From assembly GCA_015680685.1 (NCBI GenBank), contig MNCI01000270.1:29062-93061 (forward strand): a DNA stretch of 64,000 bases, in the 5' to 3' direction. This DNA is from Gnetum montanum. Lineage: Eukaryota; Plantae; Gnetophyta. The translations under genes and the position numbers were made by a program. Shown here in pieces: positions 51,696 to 64,000 of the stretch (position 1 is its first letter; every line of letters begins with the position of its first letter). Under the pieces are notes generated by a model. The model made no database searches. It was not told the origin of the DNA and worked only from the letters and a program-made list of their open reading frames with translations.

Positions 51696-54600
51696 AAATG
51701 TAAAAACCACCACCCATTTTTGAGGCCATCGTAATATCTTTATAGAAGTCGAAAGCTATACTCTGACCATAACTGCCACCAAAGTATTTAAATATACAAC
51801 ATGCAAGATTTCGACTTCTGAGATGGCATTCCCAAGCAATAGTTTTTGCAACCTTTTCTTATTGAGAGACGCCAGGATATTACATTACAACAAAGTGTAT
51901 ACATGATATATGATTACAGAAACAAGATGGATGATCTGCGAGTCACAATGCCTCTGAGCTGATTACTTCTGCAAAATTTCATATTCCTTAGTAATTCCAA
52001 GAAATTACAATATGCAATTTTAGTTTACTTTTTTTATATAACTGCATCATGTTAATTTTAAATATTTTATTTTAGATCAGGAAAGAAGTTAGCCACAATG
52101 GGCAAAAGGGCTTAAACAATGTTAAACCTGGTTACCCCTACCGTAACCCTAGTCTATATGTATAAAAGAAGGCTTCTAGCCATACCTATGACCACATTGC
52201 ACCATTTGCTGAAGTTTTATTCTAGCTCTACTGTCACAACCAAACTTTACTGGATTTTCACCTTAATGTTCATGGCAATGTTTGTGAGTCTTCTTTGTTA
52301 TAATGATCTGTGCGGATAGTGTTGATTTCTAGAATTAGCTATAATTTTATCACTATGATAGATTTAAAGTATTGTTAATGTGCTTGTATTGATGATTGGT
52401 TGAAAGACGGACTATTTTTCCTTGTGATAAACCTAGGTTATGCTAATTTGTGTTGTATTATTCAATGCAAAGTACTAAGTATATACTACTGATTGATTTA
52501 GCATATATTAATGGAATGAACAAAAGGAATGCTAAGTAGAAATGAAGCTGAAATGTTATAATATTTCTAAGGTTGCTACAATGCTTTTATTTTTTATGTA
52601 TTGTATGACCTATGTGCATTGAAATGATTTAAACTGATTAGAATGTTTCTATGTGAACTGTATGTGTGTGTATGTATATGTATCTGTATATCTATGTGTA
52701 TCAATGTGGGTATGTAATGTACTTGTTTCAGTGTGCATTCATATAAGTTTTGGATATCTTATCTCTAAAGGCTACTGTACAAATTCTAATTATTCAGCAA
52801 TCAAATTTAGAAAGAAAGAAGAAACAAAGACTTCCTTATGTTATGCTTAAAGGGCAGAAAGAGGTATGTTTTGTCATCAATCTTGAACCTTAGCTTTCAT
52901 CAATTTTTAAGGTTACTATTATATTTGTCTATACAAAAAATTGTTAAAAATTAAGTTGTTCTTATTGAGAATGTTCATGAATTTTCATAAACGAGAGTTG
53001 GGTCTGCTCAACCTTGCAGAGTGCCACATGAGGTAGCAAGGGTCGCTAGTAGATACACAAACACTAATTGAGGCAATGGTCTCTCCCCAAACTTGCAGAG
53101 CGCCACATGCAACAAGCAGCAAAGAAGGACTAATCCATCATTCACCATCTGAGGTCGTGGAGGTTCATGGGTGAATGGAAGGTACACTCAGGGCTTTTAA
53201 ATTCTTTCTTAGGGGATCTGGCTGGCCACCAGACATCAATAAGAGATGAGTGTTATGGATCAGCAATTGTTAAGTGAATGAACCGCTTGTCAAAATACCT
53301 GTTTTGTCATCTTACATTATAGTTGTTGGATTCACCTATACACATTGATTATGATGCATATGTGATGGGTCTTAATATGTAAACTATTGATGCAAGTCTA
53401 TTGTTTGTGAGTCAAGGACCTTGTTAGCTGTTTTTGGTTTAAACTTCATCTATGCGTCTACCTGTGGTTGTTGGTGGGCATAGGAAGTTAATCCTTCCTG
53501 AGATTATGTCTCACTCTTTCATTTATTCTTTTATTCTTTTACAATAGTAGATGAGTGGCAGGACCAGGATGCCCAGGTGCAAGAGGACATTGTTGTTGGG
53601 GAAAAGATTCAGCTATGATCAAGAAAGTTTCGCTTTTATCATTGAACTAGCTGTTCTTTTTTAGTTTCCTATAGGGAAATTTTGTTCTTTTAACAAATAC
53701 TGTTATCGTAGAGACTTATTTATTTGTTGAACTCTTGTAAATAGCCATGTGATGCAGCCGCACTGTTGATCGAACAGATATCAAGTATTAAAATTCAAAA
53801 CAACAGTAACATGTAATAAACTGCTTATTCATATGTCAATTCAGCATCTAGCTCTTTATCAGTTATCATCAGACCACTTCAATTTTAGTACAAAGAAACC
53901 TAAAACTCATCAATATTCAATCTAGGCAATAGGTCCTTGAGTTTCCTTGAAAAGAAAACGCTGCTGCAACCTCAGATCATTGATATTAAAACACAAACAG
54001 ACCAAAGTCACCTGTGACTGACTACGATTCACGATACATGATATCAAGGAGAAGAATTTAAGCATGCAAATTATAGATTAATGGCAAAAACCTTGGAAAA
54101 CTCGTTCAGACAATGAATTAGAAAAAGAAGATTCGAGATTAAAATTTAAACATAGGAAGATCTGAGTATAAATGTTGCAACAACTAGATTTAAACCTGAA
54201 AAAACTGCAACGTACTGTTAAGAATGATTAAAAGCCCAACTTTTGCAAGAATTGATACACACGCAGACAAATATAACCTCTTCCATCCATTTCATTAATG
54301 AATCTGAAAAGATTTAAAACTAGTATGGTTTCATATTATAAAAAAATCAATAAATTCCATAGGATTCAAGAGCACAAGATGGGCACAAAGCAAATACCTA
54401 CTTCCAAGATAAAAACCAAAGATAGCCAATCTGAAAGGATTCCTCACGTGGAATCAAATCAGGAGTTTTAGGCTTTGTTGATAGATCTCAAACAGCAGAA
54501 ACGCAATCTTAATAACAATTGCAATAACAGCAATTAACAACAAGCAAAAAAGAAAATATATATATGCTTTTATTTCTGAAAAAAATTACAATGATGCCTT

Positions 54601-54910
54601 TGTATTTGTAAATTATATGGGCAATGAAAAACTAGCAATAATATATGCATAAGATATTTCTCCTGCAGATGGGTCAAGTAGAATCAGTATATAATAGAAT
54701 GACAGCATGAAAATAGAATGGCTGGGTTTGCTGCACAGAGCTGAAAGGATATGCTTTTCTTTGAATCCCTCAAATCTGATCTTCCCTCTTAAACCTTGAA
54801 CATAAAACACATTGAGTTGGAAATAGAGAGTGAAGGGAATAGAAACAAAGGAATGAGAAAATACAAAAAGGGTTGTAGGCTGAACAAATTTTCCTTCCAA
54901 CCTATAAACA

Positions 54911-55115
54911 TTTTTTTTTTTTTTTTTGGTGTAATGTTTGGGAAATATATATTAAAAAGAGTGGGGAGGTAACTCCCCAAAATCAGCGGGTACAAAACAG
55001 TAAACAAAAACCCAGGGAGAGAACCCCCTGAAAGCATCCCCAAAACACCCTGAACCTGAATCACCACCCTAACAACCCTCCCTTTGGCCCAAGGCCATAG
55101 CATTGTCCAAAGTTC
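54911..55115 (-). mobile_element. LINE 3' tail fragment
   Basis: Poly(T) on plus strand at 54911-54927. Minus sense carries TTAATATA and a GGGGAG..CTCCCC hairpin like the other L1 tails. Confidence 0.6.
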
Positions 55116-55419
55116 AATAACAACACAGACCGAAATATTTCCCTAGTCCTAGTGGGCTAATAGGTCTATTAGTTCCATCCACAAGTGTGAAAAGTGTCCT
55201 GGAAAAAGGGTGTTTCCAGGGCTTGTGCTCAAAGCTACTAGCACTATCACCCCTATGTATGTTAATAGTGCAAGTGGTGTTCTTTTGTCGAGGTTGTGCT
55301 GGAAATTCTCCCTGCATTGTTGGTAGTGGCACAGGGGGGAGAGGAGTACAAGAGTGTTGAGAAGGATCTGACAGATGATGAGAAGCATAAGATGCTGATT
55401 TCATGAGAGGTGTTATGGG

Positions 55420-57939
55420 TTTATGGTATTCAAGAGGGTAATGCTACTGAGCAAACACATGCATAGTAGGACCATCAGGAAAAATAGGTTGTTTGATATA
55501 GTATCCAAAAGAATCCAGTTGACAATAGGGGTATTGCTCTCTTGGTGATAGCATCCCCCACGAATGTAGGTTTTGCCACTGTTGTTGATACTAATCTTGA
55601 GGTTGAGGAGGAGTCCCTCTTAAATAGCATAGTTGATTGTAGAACTGTCTATAATTTCCTTACGGATAAGGCAATTTCTTGGGCATCTACTTTCCCACAA
55701 ACTTAGGGTCCAAAGCATAAGCACTAGATTCATGTAGATGTGACGTAAGTAAGCAACAACCCTTTGGATGTTCATATTAACAAACATCACATCCATCATC
55801 CTCCTCTGGATCTGAGTTTGCAACCTCTTTCACTGCTACAAAATAGGCATCCCTACCTATTTCCTTATTTTCTTCTTCTTGTCTTAATCTCCTACTCGTT
55901 CCTATTGTATCTTTTCCTCCATAATTTTCAAGGTTGCTCCAAATTTTTCATCCCTCAAATCCCATATCTTATCTATCCTTGTTGCAATCCCTCAAATCCC
56001 CTTGGCAAGGTTTTATGTGAAAACACCTCATCAAAAGGGGCATCTTCTTCCTGATCATAAATGTGGATGGCCTTCTTATGAAGGGTCGGGTCCTAGTTAT
56101 ACTCCTCTATGCTCTTTGTCTTGCATAGCTCTCCTTCTTCTTTTACCACTTGTTTGATCAACCTTTGTATTCGATGGGCTCTAAGTTTTGATAGTCTTCC
56201 TTAGGCATAGATGCCAAGGGTCTCTCTTGTTTTGTTGCAAAGCTCATCTATAATGTGACAAAACTACTCTTTCTGAAAAAACCCATGGCCTAGGTATCTG
56301 TGTAGCAAAGAATAGTATTTGCCTAGAGCCACATCAAGGGTTTCATGGTTCCCTTGCTTCCATCCTTGGATTTGCTTCCTCGGATTGGACCTCTTGAATA
56401 GGTCTAGTACTTCTCGTTGAAGAGCTTGATCATCATGCACCACCAATGGATTGAATCTAATTCCAACTTTCAGCTTCTTTTATTAGTGATCTAGGAAAGA
56501 ACTTAAGTTTTTGCCCTTACTTTTAATATTTTGCAAGGCATAGGTATCCTAGAAGGCTTATAAATGATGCTACGGATCAGAATTGTAGCTTCCCTCATAC
56601 TCTGGAATGTTGTTCATATCAAATTATTTAATGCAACTTTCCCCTTGATGTCTACAAGGTATTCTTGCTATCTCCTTGATCTGAATCATGCTTCAAATAG
56701 CCAACAAAGGTTCATCATCATCAGACATGTCACAGTCAATCTTTGTCTCTATTTGCTCAATCATGATGATCTTGTTTGTTCTCTCCTTAGTGCCTTCTAT
56801 ATTCTCTTTAGTCTCTATATTTACCTCCATCTCAATCCCTACCAAGATGTCTATTGTGGCTCCTCCTATTGTGATGATCTAGATTTCTTATGTGACAATC
56901 ACTAGGTTGCCTACTTAGATCCCTTGATGAAGCTCCATCTCCCTATCTATGTTCATCTTTGTCAAAACTAGGCAATGAAGATGAAGAAGAAGATGAACTA
57001 GGATGACTACCATGGCTTCTATATCTCCTCTAGGGTCCCTAGAATTATCTCTTCTAAATCTATTGGAGGTCCTAGGCCATAAGGCCCTCCGTGTTCTAGG
57101 ACCCATTCCATCCCCTCTAGAATGGAATACTAAAGCTGAACATAGCCTTTGAAATGTGGGATCTTCAATGTAGAAGATAGGACAATGAAAGGCATCTCAA
57201 TGATGATTGGACCTCTTGGACCAACATTCTATGTCCTTCTCAAATCAAGGGGATTGCATCTTTGCCCTTATCCTGTTCATGCCTAGTCTCCATCATGGAA
57301 TCTCTCTTGGCTCGAATCTTCATTAGATGCTATGGACTAGACATGTTCCTCGTAACTTGGTAGCCATTAACAACATGGCCAAGACTAGGCCTCAAAAGGG
57401 CAGCTTGAAGCATTAACAGAGCTTATTGGTCATGCGGTAATACAATATTGCGCAACAAGTTCCTCCACCTAAACTATTCATCCTAGTGAAAGATGAAGGT
57501 AAAATTAGAATAGTAAGGGTCTGAATGAGCATATGTGATCCTTGCTTGCAATGGTCAACTTCAGCTTTCTTCAATATGGATCTTGTCATTGCCCACACTA
57601 GCATTCTCATTCCACATTGAGTGATTGAGCCTATGTAAAGAAGTCATGTTTTAATTAATAATATGTGTGTGACTTAAAATATTAACTTTCTTTAAAAGAT
57701 AAATTGATAGTGCTTTTACAACAATCAATTATGGTATAACTAATCTAGATCACTAGCATCATCCCAAAAATGGCACCAATGATGAGCAGCAAAATAGACC
57801 TTACGCAAATCATAAGCAATCACATGTAACATAGTCAAATTCCTGACACTGGACTAGTTTGGGTCTCTAGATAGCTAGGTAACTGATCATTGGTCGCTAC
57901 CTTCCCAATGACACTTGTGGGCTTAGTATGTAGGGTTAG
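55420..57939 (-). mobile_element. Degenerate Athila/Tat-like gypsy 5' part (LTR end, PBS, gag remnant)
   Basis: Minus-strand CATCA-TTGGTGCCATTTTTGGGA at ~57762-57784 resembles an LTR end plus a TGGCGCC-type PBS. Decayed gag-like frames follow, with a C..C...H trace near 55760-55800. Confidence 0.45.
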
Positions 57940-58738
57940 TGATGAGAAGCTCCCATGGATTCCACAATCCAAGCTCTTTCAATGTCACAAAAACAACAAA
58001 TTTGAACAGGAAAGGAAAATGAAAGCTTTATTCTTGCTCAAATAGAGAAATTACAGCTGAAAGGAAACACAAATTCCTAGGGACAGACAAGAGATTCAAT
58101 CAAATTCTCACACACTCAATCAAAGAAAACACATACTCACATGGATGATGATCAAGGCACCTTGCCAAGATTCTATCTCTCTCTACTCTTCTCTCAACTC
58201 ACCTCTCTCTCCCTAGACCTTCTCTATTCTCTCTAGACTCCCTTTATCAAATTGAAGACCCAATAAATCTATTTATATCTTTTTTCCCTCTGTCTCTTCA
58301 TCTTCCCTCCAATTTATCATTCAATTTGATGCCCATTACAATCTATCCTAGATGTCCAAGGGAACAATAGACATCTATCCCGAGTGCAAAGATATCAGAG
58401 TAGATGTCTCAAAACCATGTTAGAAGTCTAGGAGAAACAGTAGACATCTAATATGCAAGTTAGATGTCTAACTATCAGGGTAGATGTCTATCCTACCAAG
58501 GTGAAAATTAAATATGCTTCTTTTGAGGCCTGGAATCTCCAAACACCTCCAAACAAGTCCCCATAGCCCCTAGAACACCTTAAACTCATCAAAATAGTCC
58601 CAAAACACTCCCAAACACGTCAAAATACCCTAAGATCGTCATCAACAAAACAACACTAAAAGACAAACACAACAACACACAAACATCTATGCACAAAGAT
58701 ATTGAGGATTAGACATGGGTTGGGTGATGTCCTCATCA
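57940..58738 (-). repeat. 3' LTR of the CRM element
   Basis: Begins TGATGAGGACATCACCC right after the PPT and ends GCTTCTCATCA. TATA-like GATATAAAT at ~58271-58279. Confidence 0.85.
58349..58490. repeat. TAGAYRTCTA palindrome array with exact 20-bp period
   Basis: Copies at 58349, 58368, 58401, 58421, 58441, 58461 and 58481. Confidence 0.9.
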
Positions 58739-61700
58739 TCTCTCCCACCATTAAGAATTGAAACTTGCCCTCAAGTTGGCTGTACACTTTGGACAGCATT
58801 AAGCCCCCACAAAGCCAAATCTTTCCTTGGTGGCTTGGCTGAGTTTGAGTCTTCAAGGGCATCCTTGAGGATCTCAAAACTATCCCTCAAGTCTGATGCA
58901 ATCACATTCCCATGGTATCGGCTCAAATCTGAAACATTAAAAACACAAGAAATAGGCAAATCATTAGGTAAGTCAATCCCATAAGCATTTGGATTGATTT
59001 TGGCCCTGATCTAAAATGGACCAATTCTTCTTGACTTGAGCTTGTAGAAGTGCACATTCTTTTGTCTCTCCTTCCTCAAGTAAATCCAAACATAATCACC
59101 AATCCGGAAATTAATTGTCCTCTTGCCCTCATTGGCCTTGGAAGACACAATCTTTGTCTTTTTCTCCAAGTGAGATTAACTTGTTGATGCAATTCTCTCA
59201 TTTGCTCAACAAAGTATGAACTCAAAGAGGCACAATCTTCAAATTTCCTCAACTCATCAACTATCATTGGTGAAAACCATAATTTGCCATAAAGGGACTC
59301 TTACCAATGCTAGAATGGAAAGCATTATTGTATGAGAATTCAGCATGGACCAACATGTTTTCCCACCTTTGAGGCTGATCCTCACACAAACACCTCAAGA
59401 TCTTCAATAGAGGCCTATTCACAACCTCAGTTTGCCCATTAGTTTGGGGGTGATAGGCTGTGGAAAATGACAACTTGGTTCCAAGTAATTTCCAAAGTGA
59501 TCTCCAAAAATGGCTGGTAAACTTGACATCCCTATCACTCACAATGTTTAAAGGAATGCCATGTAGCCTCACAACATGCTGAAAGAATAAATATGCAACA
59601 TGTGAAGCATCACTAATTTTCTTGCATGGAATAAAATGAGCCATCTTGGTAAATCCATCTACTACAACAAGTATAGAATCATGACCAGATTTTGTCTTAG
59701 GAATGCGACAAACAAATTCCAAAGAAACACTTACCCAAGAAGCATTGGGGATTAGCAAAGGTAGATAATGACCATCTACACATTTTCCCCCTTTGAACTT
59801 TTGACAAATATAGCATTCTTTTACAAATTTAACCACATCACTATACACACTTGGCCAAAAGTAATTTTTGCTCACCAAGTCCAATGTCTTGGTCTTGCCC
59901 ATATGTGCAGCCATGTCACTATGGTGTTTCTCTTCAAGGAGCTTGTACCTGAAATCACACTCTGGAACACAAATTTTTCCATCCTTAAACAAAATCCCAT
60001 TCTTCACATGATAAGCTTTCAATTGATCAGTCCTTCCTAATAATGGGGAAGATAACTCTTTCTAAATTACACCAAAATCCTTATCATTAGGATATAATGA
60101 AGCAAAAGACTCAAATCCTTGAACTTTCACATTATAAGAAACAACATGGACTCTAGACAAAGTATCAACCACAACATTAGACTTCCCACTCGTATGTTTC
60201 AAAACAAAATGAAATTCTTGCAATTGCTCTACCCATTTCATGTGCTTGGCACCCAATTTCTTTTGAGAATTCAAAAATTAAAGTGCTCTATGATCAGTAA
60301 ATAAAAGAACCTCTGATCTCCAATGTTTAATGGCTTGAAGTATAGCATATAACTCTTCTTCATAAACACTATACTTTTGTCTAGATTCATTCAATTGTTC
60401 AGAAAAGAATGCAATTGGCTTACCTTCTTGAGAAAGCACACCTCCAACAGCAAGCCCACTTGCATCTACTTCCACTTCAAAAAGTTTTGAGAAATCTGGA
60501 ATTCCCAAAACTGGAGCACTACAAATTTTCTCTTTCAATGCTTGAAAGGATTTCTCTTTCTCATTATCCCACATAAATGCTGAATTTTTCTTCAAACAAG
60601 AAAGCATAGGCCATGCAATGGAACTAAAATTCTTATTAAATCTCCTATAGAAGCCAGACAAACCAAGAAAAGATCTCACCTCTCCTACATCCTTAGGTGA
60701 AGGCCATTCCTTAATTGACTTTATCTTACTAGTTCCATCTTGAATTGGTTCTTGGAGACAACATGACCTAGGCAGACAATTTCTTTCTTCATGAAGTGGC
60801 ATTTCTTGGCATTAATCACCAATTTTGTCTCTTGTAACTTAGAACATATCATCCTCAACTGATGTACATGGTCCTCTTCCTTAGAACTATAAACAAGAAT
60901 ATCATCAAAGAAAATAATACAACATTTACCAATAAAATCCCTTAGGACTTCATGCATGAGCCTCACAAATGTGGCTAGAGCATCAGTTAGCCCAAAAGGC
61001 ATGACTAACCACTCATACAAGCCATCAAGTGTCTTAAAGGTTGTCTTCCATTCATCTCCCGGTCTAATCCTTATTTGATGATAGCCATTTTTAATCAATT
61101 TTAGAAAAAATCTCAGCATTGGCAAGCACATCAAGAATGTCATCCATCCTCGAAGCAGGAAATTTATACTTGATAGTAATCCTATTAACAGCCCTAGAAT
61201 CTATGCACATCCTTAATTCATCGGTGTCCTTATTGGGAACTAACACAGCTGGAACGACACAAGGAGAAATGGATTCCTTCATAAAACCATTAGATAGTAA
61301 TTCAATTGCTTGCTCAATTCTTCCCTTTGATTTGAAGTCATGTAGTAGGCTCTTTCATTTGGAATTGTAGCTCTTGATATGAAGTCTATTTGATGTTGGA
61401 TGGATCTCATTGGTGGAAGTCCTTCCAATTTGCCCTTGAAAACATTGGCAAATTCCAACGCCAAATGGTGTACCACTGGAGGAAGTTCATTTGTATGCTC
61501 CTCTTCACTTGTTGCAATTGTTGACATGATGACAAAAGCATGCCCCAGCCTCTTCATGTGCTTGTAGGTACTCTTGCTTACTAAGTAAGATCAATGAAGC
61601 ATTAATAAGGACATTTTCCTTGTACTGCTGCCAAGTCATAGGAATGACTTCATGTATTCCATCTTCTCTTGGAATAAACCAAACATTTCTTGCACCACTA

Positions 61701-63797
61701 AAAGAAGCCTTGTTGTCAAAGTTCCAAGGTCTTCCCAAAATAACATCAGCACAATCAATAGGAAGGATGCCACAATGCACCTTGTCCTTAAAAGAACCAA
61801 TTTTAAAAAACAAAAAACACTTCTCCTTAACTTCTTGGAAATGATCCTTAGATAGCCAATGGACTATATAGGGCCTAGAATGTGGAAATGTCTTCAAACC
61901 AAGCTTAGAAACAGCCTTTGAAGAAATCACATTTTCTTGAGCTCCATTGTCAATTAAAATGTATCCATTCACCACTATCTAGACACCTAGCTCCAATCCT
62001 AAAGAGCATCTTTCTTCTAGGATCTTCATTGGCATTAACATTTCTCATAAAAGTGCAAGAATTAATTTCAATGATATCTTCAATCATTGGTGCATGAAGA
62101 TTACCTTCATTGGAGGATTCTTGCTTTTCCAAGGTCTGAAGTTGCTTGCCTTTGGAGATCTTTGGCTTTTTGCACTGCCATTGTTTGTGTCCCTTTTCAC
62201 CATAATTGAAGCATTGAGGTCTAGATGCATAGCCATTTCCTTGACTCTTTCCATTCTTGGAATAGTCTTTCATGGAATCTTGGCCCTCCTTGAACTTCTC
62301 TTGCACCTCCTTTATGTCTTCTTTGGAATTTTCCTTCTCCTTAGCTCCTTTCTCACCTTTAGAAGCTTTGGAGTCCTTGTCTTTAGAAATTTTGGGACCT
62401 CTATTCTATCCTTGAAGTTTCTCTCAGCCTTAAGAGCCAATTCAAAAGCCTCATCCAATGTTTGGGGGTCATAGAATGTTAGCTCTTGTTGATACTCCCT
62501 TTTCAGTCCTCCTTGAAAGTTAGATGCTTGTTCATAATCATCCCAATGAACTTTTGCAAGCTAGAAAGCCTTACAAAAAACCATGTAGTAGTCCTTCACA
62601 CTCTTATCACCTTGCCTTAGGTAATTCAATTTTTGGATGGCCTCTTGTCTATGATCAGTCTTCTCAAATTTTTGCTTGAGCATGAATTGCATTAAAAACC
62701 AATCCTTGATAGGAGTACCATTGTTCAACTTGTAAGAATGACTTTCCTTCTCCCACCATACAAGTGCTATGCCTTCTAGTTTGGCTTCAACAAAAGACAC
62801 TTTTTGATGATTTTCCACATCTTCAAGTTCAAAGTACTTGTTAATCATTTTCAGCCAAGAGATAAAAGATTCAGTTCCTTCCATGCCATTGAAGGATTTG
62901 ACTTCAACATGGGACATCCTTGAAGCATGTCTAAAAGCTTTTGCAAGAGTGACTTCAATTCCTTCACCTTGCTTCCTTTAAGGCTTAGAAGGAAGTTCCT
63001 TTTTCCCTTTCCTAGGAAAAATGAAGCCTTGAAACTTATTTTCAGCACTAGGAGCATGAAGAAAAACATCATCTTGACCTTCTCCTTCTCCAAAGTATTC
63101 ATCTTCAAGGGATGGCATTGAGGAATGTCTAGAAGAAGGTCTTGGTGAAGAATTGTATGACTTGTACCCTTGCTTGGATGCTTTTGGTGAAGTAGCATGT
63201 CCTTTGTTCTCTCCAAGCTTTTCAATTTTCTCAACAATGAGCTTGAGAGCATTTCTCATGTCATGCATGTCTCTTGACAGAGCTTGAACTGTCTTCTTCT
63301 TTGAAGGCATGCTGGAAATTGATCTGTATATCATATTAGAGGAATCTTTCATAGATTTTTACAATGACTAACTGTTTTCATGATCTTCCTTTATTTCATA
63401 AAATCAGTATTGGTTGAAACTAAAATATGAATATTGTATTTTGTTTAAGTTAGATGACACTGCTCTCTGTTTTGGAAACCTGGAATTGTTTTCTTTGATT
63501 ATTATTTCAATGTGGAAATATTAGAACATCATGAAGGAAACTTATATCATCTATATTGGGAAATCTGCGATGACAGGAATTTGTTGGATGAATTGAAATA
63601 TGACATTCCATGATAGATCTTTAGCTTTTGGCTCACATATATCTTGTATGGGAAATTTCAGACTTTTGTATCAATGTTTCAGGAAAGAAAGCAACAGGGC
63701 TACTGTAGTTCTCTGCTATTGCAATTTATCTGTTTAATAATTTCAATCTTTTCTTATAGATATACTCTCTGTTGGAAAAATGAAGACAAATACATTA

Positions 63798-64000
63798 ATT
63801 ATTGTATTTCCTTTTATGTTGCATTTGATGTGGGGATGTGTTTTATCCCACATGTATTAGGATTGGGGTTTGGTCCTCATGTTTCCTCATAAATAGAAGG
63901 CTTGGGGTAGCCTTTAGGGTATTATTGTATTTCCTTTTATGTTGCATTTGATGTGGGGATGTGTTTTATCCCACATGTATTAGGATTGGGGTTTGGTCCT
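63798..64000. repeat. 123-bp tandem repeat (LTR-like sequence) running off the window
   Basis: ATTATTGTATTTCCTTTTATGTTGC... starts at 63798 and again at 63921, identical to the window end. Confidence 0.9.

Larger units (their letters stand above)
57940..63308 (-). mobile_element. CRM-clade Ty3/gypsy retrotransposon (gag-PR-RT-RH-IN, 3' LTR; 5' LTR absent)
   Basis: Gag (GIALVWW, LRQGDKSVKDY) and zinc knuckle CFNYGEKGHKQWQC. Protease [37 protein letters not shown], RNase H VDASG, integrase HH..H..C..C and VSDRD/TAYHPQTNGQTE. PPT GGTGGGAGAGA. Frameshifted. Confidence 0.95.

Noticed and set aside
58349-58490. CRISPR-like repeat-spacer appearance of the palindrome arrays (also 3146-3345 and 7190-7325)
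   Set aside because: Repeats and spacers are only ~10 bp, the context is a eukaryotic LTR element, and there are no cas genes.

Overview
Land-plant nuclear DNA, heavily methylated and TE-rich, with one N gap at 12524-12855. A single host gene runs on the minus strand. It encodes a coiled-coil + PH-domain protein, with seven coding exons readable between 51695 and 15426 and introns of up to 26.7 kb. The introns and flanks hold decayed retroelements: L1-clade LINEs, CRM-clade Ty3/gypsy elements (a near-complete copy, a non-autonomous derivative, a PBS-gag fragment), a solo LTR, Athila/Tat-like and Copia remnants, RTE LINE tails and tRNA-derived SINE-like copies. The main discovery is in the L1 LINEs (nine copies or fragments from several diverged subfamilies). 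Downstream of APE-RT-zf-RVT, and where RNase H would normally sit, they carry a ~480-aa ORF2 extension. It comprises a Transposase_32/ATHILA-ORF1/PMD-like helical domain, a long coiled coil and a DnaJ-type J-domain (HPD motif) followed by an H..CxC motif. I know of no described LINE that encodes its own Hsp70 co-chaperone domain. Domain calls come from manual translation and motif recognition, not from database searches.
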